Position numbers and translations under genes: made by a program. A stretch of 50,567 nucleotides of DNA from a virus (Duplodnaviria; Caudoviricetes), in IMG/VR virus record IMGVR_UViG_3300044977_000044, positions 1-50,567 of that record; one strand, written 5' to 3'. The notes beneath the pieces are model-generated. The model was not told the DNA's origin. It was given only the letters and a program-made list of their open reading frames with translations, and did not search any database. This document shows positions 38,112 through 47,535 of the stretch, one piece after another (position 1 is the stretch's first letter; every line of letters begins with the position of its first letter).

Positions 38112-38846
38112 TTACGCAGTAACGAATTTCATCGCTTTCTTCCGTTCAAGATACTTTTCCGGAGTCATTCTGAATTTCTTTGCAATTTCAAGTTCCTGTG
38201 GCGAAAGCTTGTCTTTATTCTCATCGCCGTTGCCGCCAGAGCCGGCACCAGAGCTAGAGCCAACTTCCGCAAAGACATCAGTCTTTTTTGTGGCCAGGTC
38301 TTGCAGGTCAGTAAAGTGCATTCCCTTCACATAAATAAACGCATTGATCCATGAATGCGGGTTGATCTGATTGGCTGGCGCCTCTTTGGCCATGAGCGTA
38401 TTGATTTCGTTGGCGTACTTGTTCCAAATCTTCGTCTCGATGTGGCCGTTGGCTGCGCCCTGAATCGCTTCGCGCGCGGTCATTCGCGCGGCTAGCGCTC
38501 CAGCACCATAGGCAGCCGCCGCAAGTGGGCCAGTGGCAGTACCGATACGATCGGCGAAAGCCTGATCTTCGTTGACGAAGACGCTTGCAGGGCCTTTCGA
38601 TCCTTCGTCTTTGATTTCACGGTTTCCACCGCCAGCTTCGAGCGCAGCAAGCTTGTCTTTAACTGTTTGGAACTCCGTCTTCTGCGATTCAACGGTTGTC
38701 TTCAACGTGTTAAGTTCAGTGTCCTTCGCCGTAAGAGAATCCTCAAGAGCCTTCTTGTCTCTCAAGGCTTTGTCCAAATCCTCCGGTGACAGCTCACGAA
38801 TACTTTCCGGCAAATCTTCCTTCCGAGTTTGGAACCACTTCGCCAT
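38112..38846 (-). CDS. Scaffolding protein
   Basis: Coiled coil; C-terminal LSPQELEIAKKFRMTPEKY capsid-binding-type helix. Confidence 0.7.
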   Translation of the reverse strand: MAKWFQTRKEDLPESIRELSPEDLDKALRDKKALEDSLTAKDTELNTLKTTVESQKTEFQTVKDKLAALEAGGGNREIKDEGSKGPASVFVNEDQAFADRIGTATGPLAAAAYGAGALAARMTAREAIQGAANGHIETKIWNKYANEINTLMAKEAPANQINPHSWINAFIYVKGMHFTDLQDLATKKTDVFAEVGSSSGAGSGGNGDENKDKLSPQELEIAKKFRMTPEKYLERKKAMKFVTA

Positions 38847-38861
38847 ACTTTGTTTCCTTTC

Positions 38862-39146
38862 TTATTTAAGGACAAGTCCCGTTCTGCTGCCTCCGGTGAC
38901 AGGGCTTACCTTTTTCTTCCGAACATTCTCTTGATACTGTCGTATTTCCTCCGGTAAGCCAAGGATACGGGACAGCACCTTGAACTCGCCCTGCGCCCGC
39001 GCGGCAGCAAGACCTTCCGCCGTTGCGAGCGTTTTCAGCGCCGAGTCTTGCCACTCCGTTAGGAATTGTATAACGGCTTTGCCGTCGGCAGATTCAAGCC
39101 ACTTCTTTGAGCTGGTCGTAGACGTTAGTACAACGTCGATATTCAC
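38862..39146 (-). CDS. Small protein downstream of portal
   Basis: W..S..GK...RAQG...L motif; GTGA overlap with the portal stop. Confidence 0.6.
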   Translation of the reverse strand: MNIDVVLTSTTSSKKWLESADGKAVIQFLTEWQDSALKTLATAEGLAAARAQGEFKVLSRILGLPEEIRQYQENVRKKKVSPVTGGSRTGLVLK

Positions 39147-41071
39147 TGAATACCTCCAGGCCCAGGTCCAGCACCGCTCGGTAACGCAGCGGTAGCCGGT
39201 AAGCCCGGCAATGCCCCGTTCGCACCAGCAGGGATCGGAGAAGCGGGCGGCGGAGCGTTATTAGCGCCGGCACCGCCCGGTCTCGCCTGCGGCTGTTGGG
39301 GAGGAGCTGCTTCCGCATCGGGTACAAGACGGTCTACCTCGTCCCGCCCGAAGTGCCGCAGAACACTTTTCATCAACAAGTTGCTTGCAAGTACGGCTTC
39401 GCCAATATATTTCTTAACCGGGTCCGGTAACATGGCATTCTGCGCCTGCATAAGCATCTGTGTTACCATACCGTAATGCTTCTGCATCATCTGGCTTAGC
39501 ATCACGTCAGCTTGTTTCTCAACCTCACGGTTAACCGACGCAGTAGCGGCGTACACCGGCAAAGCTATCGCTTTTTGTTTAACAAGATCCATCGCCTCAC
39601 GCAAGCGGTCCGACATCTTACCGAATAGACCTACACGGTCACCAAGACCAAAATGCGCATATTGATTCAAGAGGATACGCCCGAGTTTGGTATGAGCATA
39701 CCGTATATCTGTAACATTGAGATCGGTACGAGTATTGCCCTCTTGCATAAGGGACAAAGTCCCCATAGCAGTATATACACCTCGTTTGGTGTTAGTTCCA
39801 GCTCCGTAACCTTGCATAGGCGGAGACACGCCGGACAATTTTTCTGCGAGTTCAATGGAAAGATTCTCCTCTTCAATCGACATCGCACTCACATCGCCTT
39901 GCGAGAGCGGTTCGATTTCGTCTTTCCTTGCCGGAAGCATCGCGCTCGGAAACACGCGATAGCCTTTGTGAAGCTGACTGTCGGGATCAACTCTCCACAC
40001 TTTCGTGTTAACGACAGTCATGTTATCACGACGCTGGTTGTGCATCTGGCTTATCTCTTCCTGAAAGGGCGCCAGCCGTTCGCAGAAGCCATAACCAAAA
40101 AACATATCGTCCCGGTAAAAGAGACGAGCCGTAACAAAGATTTGGTCGGGGTAATAGAAATAAAACGCACGTAGAATGGAATTGGTACGTTCGTGGTACC
40201 ACGCAATTACACGAACGTAATGCTCGCCAAAGCGGTACTTAAAATGACATTCGTAAATGTGGTACTCAGCGTAGCCAAAGCTCGCTAGTGAAACGGCTCC
40301 GGTGTCCTGCTCTTCGGAGCTTTGAACTACATCCGGTGATGTACGATCCGGCGACTTCAAGACTTCGTCTACGACCTTCTTGTCATAAATATCATAGAAC
40401 GCCCTCTCTTGAAGCTGGTGTTTCTGCAACCGGATACGGTGATAAACGAAGTCTGCATCTTCGAGAGTCTTTGCCGAAGGCGGCACGCCAAAGTCACTAA
40501 AGCGGATCTTTTCCGGTCGTGGGCCTTTGTAAAGAACCTCATCCTCAAACTCCGTCTTCCCGGAACCATCACCTGCGGTATAAGCTGACGCTTCAATAAT
40601 CTTGACTTGCGGGCACTTTACAGTGCTCGTACCATAACGAATCGTCTCCCCATACCATTCATGGTACACACGAAACAAGTCGAGTTCCGAAGGTTCGATG
40701 GAGACGTAAGTCATAAACTCTTCAACCGCTTCGCGCCGCTCATCCATTGCCTTAGCATCGACGTGCTCACCGTAAATTTTTGCGACCCAAGGCGGTTGTG
40801 TTTTCAACACTGCGGCCATTACTCTGGCGAGTAGCGTGTCGGAGTGAATGGCGATTATCGGGATAACGTTGTTGGACGCGTTATAGAACGGAAATTCTCG
40901 AATAGATTCCGCAGGAATCGCTTCATAAGCTTTGCGCCAATTCACGACACGATCTTCATGTATTACTTGACAGCCCTGGCGTATCGCCATGATACGACGA
41001 CGCATAAAGGCTTTCAGGCGCACCTCTACACCGGAGGTGGGCTTAAGCGGGATTGGTGTCGTATTAGGCAT
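39143..41071 (-). CDS. Portal protein
   Basis: 642 aa; YGTSTVK, FFGYGFCERLAPFQEEISQMHNQRRDN, EKLSGVS..MQG; Pro/Gln/Ala-rich tail. Confidence 0.85.
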   Translation of the reverse strand: MPNTTPIPLKPTSGVEVRLKAFMRRRIMAIRQGCQVIHEDRVVNWRKAYEAIPAESIREFPFYNASNNVIPIIAIHSDTLLARVMAAVLKTQPPWVAKIYGEHVDAKAMDERREAVEEFMTYVSIEPSELDLFRVYHEWYGETIRYGTSTVKCPQVKIIEASAYTAGDGSGKTEFEDEVLYKGPRPEKIRFSDFGVPPSAKTLEDADFVYHRIRLQKHQLQERAFYDIYDKKVVDEVLKSPDRTSPDVVQSSEEQDTGAVSLASFGYAEYHIYECHFKYRFGEHYVRVIAWYHERTNSILRAFYFYYPDQIFVTARLFYRDDMFFGYGFCERLAPFQEEISQMHNQRRDNMTVVNTKVWRVDPDSQLHKGYRVFPSAMLPARKDEIEPLSQGDVSAMSIEEENLSIELAEKLSGVSPPMQGYGAGTNTKRGVYTAMGTLSLMQEGNTRTDLNVTDIRYAHTKLGRILLNQYAHFGLGDRVGLFGKMSDRLREAMDLVKQKAIALPVYAATASVNREVEKQADVMLSQMMQKHYGMVTQMLMQAQNAMLPDPVKKYIGEAVLASNLLMKSVLRHFGRDEVDRLVPDAEAAPPQQPQARPGGAGANNAPPPASPIPAGANGALPGLPATAALPSGAGPGPGGIQ

Positions 41072-41072
41072 T

Positions 41073-41405
41073 TTATTTCTTGAACAAGGCTATGACCAAG
41101 GTTATAATAATACCAAAAAGGGCCAATAACATCTTGTTCAACGCTGAAAAACGTTGCTCAATCTCAACACGCGGCATTTGATTCCGGTCCCGATCTTGCA
41201 TCGCTGCGCGCCATTCATTCGTGTTGTCAAACCGTTTCTCCTGTGCAATCTCAGCTTTATTAACCGCCTCTTTACTTGACGTAAGCGCAAGTGAAGTCTT
41301 CTCATCCATGGCCGTAAAACGGTCCATATACCGTCGATCACGTTCGTCCATAAGTTCACGGACCGCGTCCAGACGCGCCACGAGCTTGTCGATTATACCA
41401 GACAT
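41073..41405 (-). CDS. Coiled-coil protein with C-terminal TM helix (lysis-associated candidate)
   Basis: AVNKAEIAQEKRF..NEWR; C-terminal LLALFGIIITLVIALFKK. Confidence 0.6.
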   Translation of the reverse strand: MSGIIDKLVARLDAVRELMDERDRRYMDRFTAMDEKTSLALTSSKEAVNKAEIAQEKRFDNTNEWRAAMQDRDRNQMPRVEIEQRFSALNKMLLALFGIIITLVIALFKK

Positions 41406-41430
41406 CTTTGTCGTAGATTGAACTCCGCAT

Positions 41431-41631
41431 TTACCACTTCGGCTCGACGCGCAATGACTCAAGCTGCGCAAACGTTACTGGCGTTCCCTGCACGGCCGTT
41501 AATTGAGTAATCGCCGCTTCAATTCCCGTCACGGCGGTTGAAATCTCCGAGGTAACTTTACCGCTTTTTAAGTTGCTCAGGACCATCTGCAACAGGCCAA
41601 GAGACAAGTTAATAATCATTGCCGCTGTCAT
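41431..41631 (-). CDS. Small amphipathic protein
   Basis: AAAGGA RBS, ATGA overlap. Confidence 0.6.
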   Translation of the reverse strand: MTAAMIINLSLGLLQMVLSNLKSGKVTSEISTAVTGIEAAITQLTAVQGTPVTFAQLESLRVEPKW

Positions 41632-41996
41632 TGGATTATTCCTTTCAGTTCGGTAATGAACAAATTGGCATTCGCAGTCGCAGCGGTAAGGCCAGCGGCT
41701 GCACCTTTAACCGGAGCACAAGCAACAGTAGTTGGATTCGCCGGTGGCGAAAGCGGGTTCCAGCCACAGTACGCCTCAACTGCCGTTACAAGAGCATTCT
41801 GGCCATCAATGGCCTTGTTTATGGTAACACAAGGCGACAGCTTTGGGTTTGCAACGCACTGCGTTTGGTACTGCGTTTGGGCCGCGCTAAGCGCACCGTT
41901 AAGGCCCGCGGCCGCGCTACGAGCATTCTGCTCCAACGGAGTTGTGTTACACACCATTAGAGACAGCGTTAAAACGAACATAGTTAAAGTTTTCAC
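41628..41996 (-). CDS. Putative lipoprotein / secreted protein
   Basis: GTG start after GGAGG; MKTLTMFVLTLSLMVC signal with an atypical lipobox. Confidence 0.6.
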   Translation of the reverse strand: MKTLTMFVLTLSLMVCNTTPLEQNARSAAAGLNGALSAAQTQYQTQCVANPKLSPCVTINKAIDGQNALVTAVEAYCGWNPLSPPANPTTVACAPVKGAAAGLTAATANANLFITELKGIIQ

Positions 41997-42010
41997 AAAG
42001 AACCTCCGGT

Positions 42011-42190
42011 TTAACTGAATATAAGTGAAGCTACCCAACAGGCCAATCCTGCCCACCCGAAATGGAAACCGATACGTCCAGCGTACCATGGCGAACCTGC
42101 AACTGGGGCAGGGCCTTCCAATCGAATTAACGTTGCGATGACAAAGAACACAAGCGCAAACACCAACAAGATTGAAGTATGTCCGTGCAT
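42011..42190 (-). CDS. Two-TM small membrane protein (59 aa)
   Basis: AGGAGG RBS; MHGHTSILLVFALVFFVIATLI...FHFGWAGLACWVASLIFS; not in the ORF track. Confidence 0.65.
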   Translation of the reverse strand: MHGHTSILLVFALVFFVIATLIRLEGPAPVAGSPWYAGRIGFHFGWAGLACWVASLIFS

Positions 42191-42198
42191 AAAGCCTC

Positions 42199-42483
42199 CT
42201 ATTGTTTCTTTGGTACCAACGGCACTGGCGCACCGGGTGCAGCCTTGTCAGCCGTCGCTTGTTGCACCTGCGCCACTGTCGAATGGTTATCACCATCCTT
42301 GGCAACAGCCAAGCCTGCCGCCACGACAAGGCTGATTACAGCCTGATGCCAATCAGGCTTCTGTCCAGCTTGCCACTGACCAATGGCGGTTACCACTTGT
42401 GGTACGGAGTACGCAAACGCACAGGCGGCGGCCAGGTTTGTCTTCCAATTCGCTTTCAAGTACGCAAGCAGGCTAGCTCCCAT
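42199..42483 (-). CDS. Holin-like membrane protein
   Basis: NWKTNLAAA...two TM helices...AKD. Confidence 0.65.
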   Translation of the reverse strand: MGASLLAYLKANWKTNLAAACAFAYSVPQVVTAIGQWQAGQKPDWHQAVISLVVAAGLAVAKDGDNHSTVAQVQQATADKAAPGAPVPLVPKKQ

Positions 42484-44202
42484 TTAATTCACTCCTACGG
42501 AGTAAGGTTGGTTAACTTTCCGACTTTGTTGCCAATTAGCACGCTTCATTGACATCACCGATTCCATTGACATCGGTGAGTACATGATCTGTGGAGCATA
42601 CGCCATCGCGTCAAGAAGGTCACAAAAACGCCCCTTCGGAAATGTCTGATACTCACCGACAAAGTCGGTATGCTGACGTTGGCACCAGAAGCGTTCACTT
42701 TCAAAGATCGGCGCAAGAACGTTTCGGATACGCCACTCTTTCTTACGAGAAATGCTACCGTCAGGAGCTTCAACTTCGCCTTTTAGCTCCACGATGCGAA
42801 TAGGCCAAGTCTCGTAACGGTTCCGTTGTTCGATATGGTAAATCGCATACTTCTGCGCAGCAACGCTCTCGAAGCCGACCCGACGAATCTTCCACTTCCG
42901 TGCCATCTTATATATCGCGGCAAAGAACGTATCGTAATTGCTTTGCAACGCGGCGTTGTCGAGCAGGTAATAATGTTGACGGTCCTGCGGATCGGCGCCC
43001 TTCATAGCCACAAAGTCTTTCGACAGGAGCGATCCCAGAACGACGAGGGCGTGACGGCAACGTCCGGCTGAATCGTTACCAGAATGGCGAGGATCAACAG
43101 TCATCGCAAGCGACATTTCGCTTATGCGCCGGTCCTTATAAATAAGTCCATTCTTTGGTTCATGCACAATCAACGGATATGCGTTAGCATCCACACCAAG
43201 CGTGTAGTAACTGAGCCATTCTGGCTTGAAATCGGCATCTTCTGGCGAGCAGGGATTGTTCAGGAACTGACAACTAAAGTGATAATTACCGAGACGCTCC
43301 TTCAAGCGCATCAGTTTTTCAAACGAGAATTCTTCCGGAAAGATCGGCGTATCCGCAAGGTGCAAGGGACAGCAACCGCCAAGCGCGGAGTGGTTCACGA
43401 ACACGAACCAAGGTTCGTGCTCTTGTATATACGTGTTCAGGTCGTGGTATGCCCAACGATTGCCAACAACGAGTTCGTCGTTCTCGAATAGGGCATCCTC
43501 GTTCTCGAAGACACCTACAAGGAGTTTATGGTAGTCAATGGTCTTATCCATGATCGAGGGCGATTCGAGCGCCTTGCGACCGACGAGGTCATCTTCGATA
43601 AGGAGGCCATTGTAGTGGCGAGATTGCACTGCGGAACCGACGCCGAGGAAATCAAATGTTCCCTCGCCGTGTGAGCCAGTTGCATTAGGGCGTTTAATGT
43701 GGAGCGAGAAATCGGTCCAGGTGCATGATGTATCTGGAAGAATGTCCGAAAACGCTGCGCGGAAGATTGCATTCGACTCAAAGTGACCTCGTATTTTCCG
43801 ACCAAGCTTTGCTGCGTTTGTGATGTTTTCGCTTACCAGCAAGTTACGTGCATCAGTATCGTGAACTTCGTGCATCCAACGAATGAATTCGTCAGAATAG
43901 CCTTCGGCTTTGAACGCGTCCTCATCCGCAGGAGTAACCGGCAACGCCCGCCACATCGGCAAGCCTTCACCACAAATCGTAGATTTGAAATGGTCGCGCG
44001 GCATTTCATACACATCTTTGATGTGTTTACGTTCCAACGATCGACAGATCGGATGGTGCAGTGTGTCCGTAAGCCGACGGCGTTTTAATGCAACCTTAAT
44101 AAAATAATACAACGAGCCAAGGCTGTTAAGCCGCAAGGCGCGCACTGCCGCCTGCGGCGACAGCCCGGTGATTGGAAGCGGCTTGTATTGTTCTACGGAC
44201 AT
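42484..44202 (-). CDS. terL: Terminase large subunit
   Basis: MPRDHFKST Walker A variant, LIEDDLV Walker B, GNRW, FSCQFLNNP, TVDP, GFESVAAQ, FPKG..CDLLDA. Confidence 0.92.
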   Translation of the reverse strand: MSVEQYKPLPITGLSPQAAVRALRLNSLGSLYYFIKVALKRRRLTDTLHHPICRSLERKHIKDVYEMPRDHFKSTICGEGLPMWRALPVTPADEDAFKAEGYSDEFIRWMHEVHDTDARNLLVSENITNAAKLGRKIRGHFESNAIFRAAFSDILPDTSCTWTDFSLHIKRPNATGSHGEGTFDFLGVGSAVQSRHYNGLLIEDDLVGRKALESPSIMDKTIDYHKLLVGVFENEDALFENDELVVGNRWAYHDLNTYIQEHEPWFVFVNHSALGGCCPLHLADTPIFPEEFSFEKLMRLKERLGNYHFSCQFLNNPCSPEDADFKPEWLSYYTLGVDANAYPLIVHEPKNGLIYKDRRISEMSLAMTVDPRHSGNDSAGRCRHALVVLGSLLSKDFVAMKGADPQDRQHYYLLDNAALQSNYDTFFAAIYKMARKWKIRRVGFESVAAQKYAIYHIEQRNRYETWPIRIVELKGEVEAPDGSISRKKEWRIRNVLAPIFESERFWCQRQHTDFVGEYQTFPKGRFCDLLDAMAYAPQIMYSPMSMESVMSMKRANWQQSRKVNQPYSVGVN

Positions 44203-44204
44203 TG

Positions 44205-44489
44205 TTAGTCCAAATACACGTACACCGCACCAGCATCAAGCGTGTCAAGGATCAGTCCATTAACTACACCAATTTTGGCGCTACGCACCTCTGACAAGTC
44301 AGCGGCGCCTGTAAACGTTTCGATTATGTTACCGTTCTGATCTTTCAAGATCGCACGGTTACCTTGTGCGGCGTAGCCGCTGAACTGGAAGTGGTTCACT
44401 TTTATGTTCCAGTTGGCAATGACAGCGTTAGGCTGGCCGAAGGCGATTGGAGTGTCAAGGCGCCATTGACGAGGACCGATGTTGTTCAT
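44205..44489 (-). CDS. Hypothetical virion-associated protein
   Basis: Compact beta-rich ORF with GGAG RBS. Confidence 0.6.
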   Translation of the reverse strand: MNNIGPRQWRLDTPIAFGQPNAVIANWNIKVNHFQFSGYAAQGNRAILKDQNGNIIETFTGAADLSEVRSAKIGVVNGLILDTLDAGAVYVYLD

Positions 44490-44542
44490 AAACTCCGTTC
44501 CTTAACTCGAAGGGTGCTATACTTTCCGGCCATGATGAGCGA

Positions 44543-47065
44543 CTAGTACGCCATCGAAGCGGAAAGATTCGATAAAGTTGCGCACGATCCTGCCGTAACT
44601 TCGCCTACGATAAAATCTCCCGAAGCAATTACCGGGTTACTTACAGTTCCTGCTGTGATCGTATTCGCAGCCGTAACCGTCACCGTGCCAATGGTCGTTG
44701 GCGAAGCACATGTCGTTGACGCTCCACAATCTAAAAACGTGATTGTCGGATTCGTGGTGCAAGTCGCTAGAGCGGCAGCAGAGCCAATAATATTTTGGAC
44801 AGTTAACGATTCTGCCGCTTTCATGGACGACGAAAAATCGGCCCCCACGATACCCGTAATGGAGCTAGCTGTTATTTGAAACACCGCTCCTTTGATAGCG
44901 ACCGCTAGATTCGCAACAGGCGTGGTGCTGGTGATGGATAAAGGAGCGGTTCCGGTTGCGAGAGTAGAGGTGATCTGACCCGTGGAACTTAAATCTGTGA
45001 CCTTAGCATGATTGATTGAAAAATTGTTTCCGTTGGTTTGGTAATCGAAATTGGCTACTCCCCCATAAGTTGTGCTCGTGACGGGATCGACCATCGGCAT
45101 GAACTTCCAAGTAGCGGCAGACGTACCTGTTGCGTCGGAGAGGAGAACTTTGTAGCGGAATGGAACTTGATGAATGGCCGCCGCGCCATCGTTGTAATTG
45201 GCGGCCAATGCAAAGCCGGGAGAAGAATACCACTGACTCGTGCCTTGACTATAAACTTGAGTTGATCCCAAATATAAAGCATTAACGGGTCCCGTCAGTG
45301 CATCGTTATCTCCTGCTTGACTGTTTTTCTGTATGGTGAAAGCAGTTATTCCGCCATAGGTAGCGCTCCCAGAAAAATTTCCACCCGTGAAAGGGGTTAT
45401 AGTCCCAATCGTAATAGCTCGTTGAAATTGGGGGAGAACCGGAAGGGCGCTTATTGTTGCGTTGGGCATTTCATCCAAAATTGAAACCCACTGACCAGAA
45501 CTCTGCGGCTTGACTGCTTTGGTGACGCTGGAATTTGATTTCATAATATTTCCCAGCGAAAGAACATCGGATAGTCCACCCGAAAAATCCCAGTAGTACT
45601 TGGTTAGATCGGGAGAATCCATCTCGTAACTATTGTTGAAAAGGACCGTGGCATAAGAACTCGATCCTGAAGCAGTAACCCCTTGTTTTGACGATTCATC
45701 GTGAACGAATGCATAGGTGCCTCCGAACGATGCACCTACGGTGAGTGCCACTATATGTTGTTCGGTAAGCCCACCGAGCACATGCCAACTACCGCCTGCT
45801 AAAGAAAACCCAGTGCCGCAACCTAGTAACTCACTTTCATAAAAAGCGATGCTACGGGCATTCGCTGAGGTTCCGAGATTGAAGCAAGTTGAACCAGAAT
45901 TGTAGGTTGTATTTGCTCCAATTCCCATGCGCCAAAAGGTGTGAGCTTCATTGTTGGCTTGAGTGTCGCCGGAAGCCGCTACGATATTAAATCCTATCGC
46001 ACCGCTCCCGTTTAGCCCGCTAATCTGCCAATCGTGATATAGATTGTGTGAACTGATCTGACCAGATGTTCCCGTCAGTTGAGTGACGGTGACGCCTCCG
46101 GCGCCACTAATTGCGTTCAAATTCAAATTCATTCGTCCAACGATACTATCTCGCTGACGATCAAGATTGAAGGCATAAGCCGCGCCGCCCGTCCATAAAA
46201 AATTCGCGCCTGAACCTAACTGACCCGCTCCACCAAGCCCTTCCATCCCATAAGCGCCGAATGAGTTTGGTGCGACACTAGTTCCGAATTGATAGTTGCC
46301 AGAGGGATTTGAACGAATTAGTCCTGCATTCTTCGAACCCACCGCATTCCATGCGGCCGTGATATTTGTGGACTGATCACCTGTAGTCGTCACGTTTTGA
46401 TCGAGCCAATCAATCGCTGGCTTGGACTGGTACGCGCAGGGAAGGCCGACGCCGTTGGAGACGCAAGCTGAGCCAGCGGCGACTCCAGTAGGCAAAGGAT
46501 TTGTAACAGCTACTGTGGGTAAGGGCGGAGAGCCGGAAACCGTAATGCCAGTACCTGCTGTTACTCCTGTAACGGTTCCTGTACCTGGAATAGGGTTATA
46601 AGCCCAGCCTTTGTATACAATCGTTACAGGATTAACACTCCACGTACTAACGTTGACACGAACGTAGTTTGCGTTACCGGACGTAATAGCGGATGAACCT
46701 GCGGTTGTGCAAGTCTGCGCAGCAAGAATACCACCCACGGTCCACGTTACGTTGTCAGGCGAAGAGTCGATCGAAACTTGGCAAGTTGACGGAGTCCCGG
46801 ACCAGCTTAGCTGATGGTACAAGATTACGGTATTTTCAACGATTGGTGCGGCGGTGGTTACGGAAGTGAACGTAGTCTGTTGGTAGGCATTGTAAGCCTG
46901 AGGCTGTGCCTGCGGCACCAGTAACAGAAATAGGAATACAGCTGCAAGTCCAGAACGCAATGCGTCCGCGGCATAGCCGTAAAACAAAGAATGGCAACTT
47001 CGCTCGACTCGCTTCGCTCGTCTCACTCGCGCAGAACTCTCTTCCTCTGTCAAGCCAACTGTCAT
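44543..47065 (-). CDS. Signal-peptide-bearing spike/fibre protein with beta-helix-like core
   Basis: LAAVFLFLLLVPQAQP|Q; GTGTVTGVTAGTGITVSG fibre motif; TGDQSTNITAAWNA beta-helix cap; STLATGTAPLSITSTTPVANL. Confidence 0.7.
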   Translation of the reverse strand: MTVGLTEEESSARVRRAKRVERSCHSLFYGYAADALRSGLAAVFLFLLLVPQAQPQAYNAYQQTTFTSVTTAAPIVENTVILYHQLSWSGTPSTCQVSIDSSPDNVTWTVGGILAAQTCTTAGSSAITSGNANYVRVNVSTWSVNPVTIVYKGWAYNPIPGTGTVTGVTAGTGITVSGSPPLPTVAVTNPLPTGVAAGSACVSNGVGLPCAYQSKPAIDWLDQNVTTTGDQSTNITAAWNAVGSKNAGLIRSNPSGNYQFGTSVAPNSFGAYGMEGLGGAGQLGSGANFLWTGGAAYAFNLDRQRDSIVGRMNLNLNAISGAGGVTVTQLTGTSGQISSHNLYHDWQISGLNGSGAIGFNIVAASGDTQANNEAHTFWRMGIGANTTYNSGSTCFNLGTSANARSIAFYESELLGCGTGFSLAGGSWHVLGGLTEQHIVALTVGASFGGTYAFVHDESSKQGVTASGSSSYATVLFNNSYEMDSPDLTKYYWDFSGGLSDVLSLGNIMKSNSSVTKAVKPQSSGQWVSILDEMPNATISALPVLPQFQRAITIGTITPFTGGNFSGSATYGGITAFTIQKNSQAGDNDALTGPVNALYLGSTQVYSQGTSQWYSSPGFALAANYNDGAAAIHQVPFRYKVLLSDATGTSAATWKFMPMVDPVTSTTYGGVANFDYQTNGNNFSINHAKVTDLSSTGQITSTLATGTAPLSITSTTPVANLAVAIKGAVFQITASSITGIVGADFSSSMKAAESLTVQNIIGSAAALATCTTNPTITFLDCGASTTCASPTTIGTVTVTAANTITAGTVSNPVIASGDFIVGEVTAGSCATLSNLSASMAY

Positions 47066-47535
47066 GGTATCTCCTTTCGGAGAATACCTCGCGCGCCAAC
47101 CGAGAATGTCTTGACAGCCACCGTTGAATGGTCTGCGATTCCTTCAGCGCGGTTAGTTGAAACAACCCCGGCCAGCGCGCAAGCTTTTTTGAAAATCGGT
47201 GTAACATAAAAAGTTGGAGCCTTCCAACGTTGACGAGGACCTAAACCTCTTTTCATTTCCGCGACACTGTAGTATTTTTCGCCGGTGTTTTTAAGAAGAT
47301 GGGCCTCGATCTGTTCTTTGTAGTAACTATACCAAACTTGGTATTCTGTCAGGCGCTTTCGTGCTAAGTTTTGTAAAAACCGCCCTTTGTGGCGGGCTTC
47401 GTGTATACCAAGAAGTTGGTTACAATCATCGCAAAGGGGACCACGAATCATGCCAGTAGCATGGTCGTGGTCCCGAACGAGGCGCTTGAAACGGGTCTGC
47501 CACGCTTCGTTGCCGTAGATGCCGCAAGTTTGCAT
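47062..47535 (-). CDS. Endonuclease VII-like protein
   Basis: LVRDHDHATGMIRGPLCDDCNQLLG; first CxxC degenerate (CGIY). Confidence 0.8.
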   Translation of the reverse strand: MQTCGIYGNEAWQTRFKRLVRDHDHATGMIRGPLCDDCNQLLGIHEARHKGRFLQNLARKRLTEYQVWYSYYKEQIEAHLLKNTGEKYYSVAEMKRGLGPRQRWKAPTFYVTPIFKKACALAGVVSTNRAEGIADHSTVAVKTFSVGARGILRKEIP

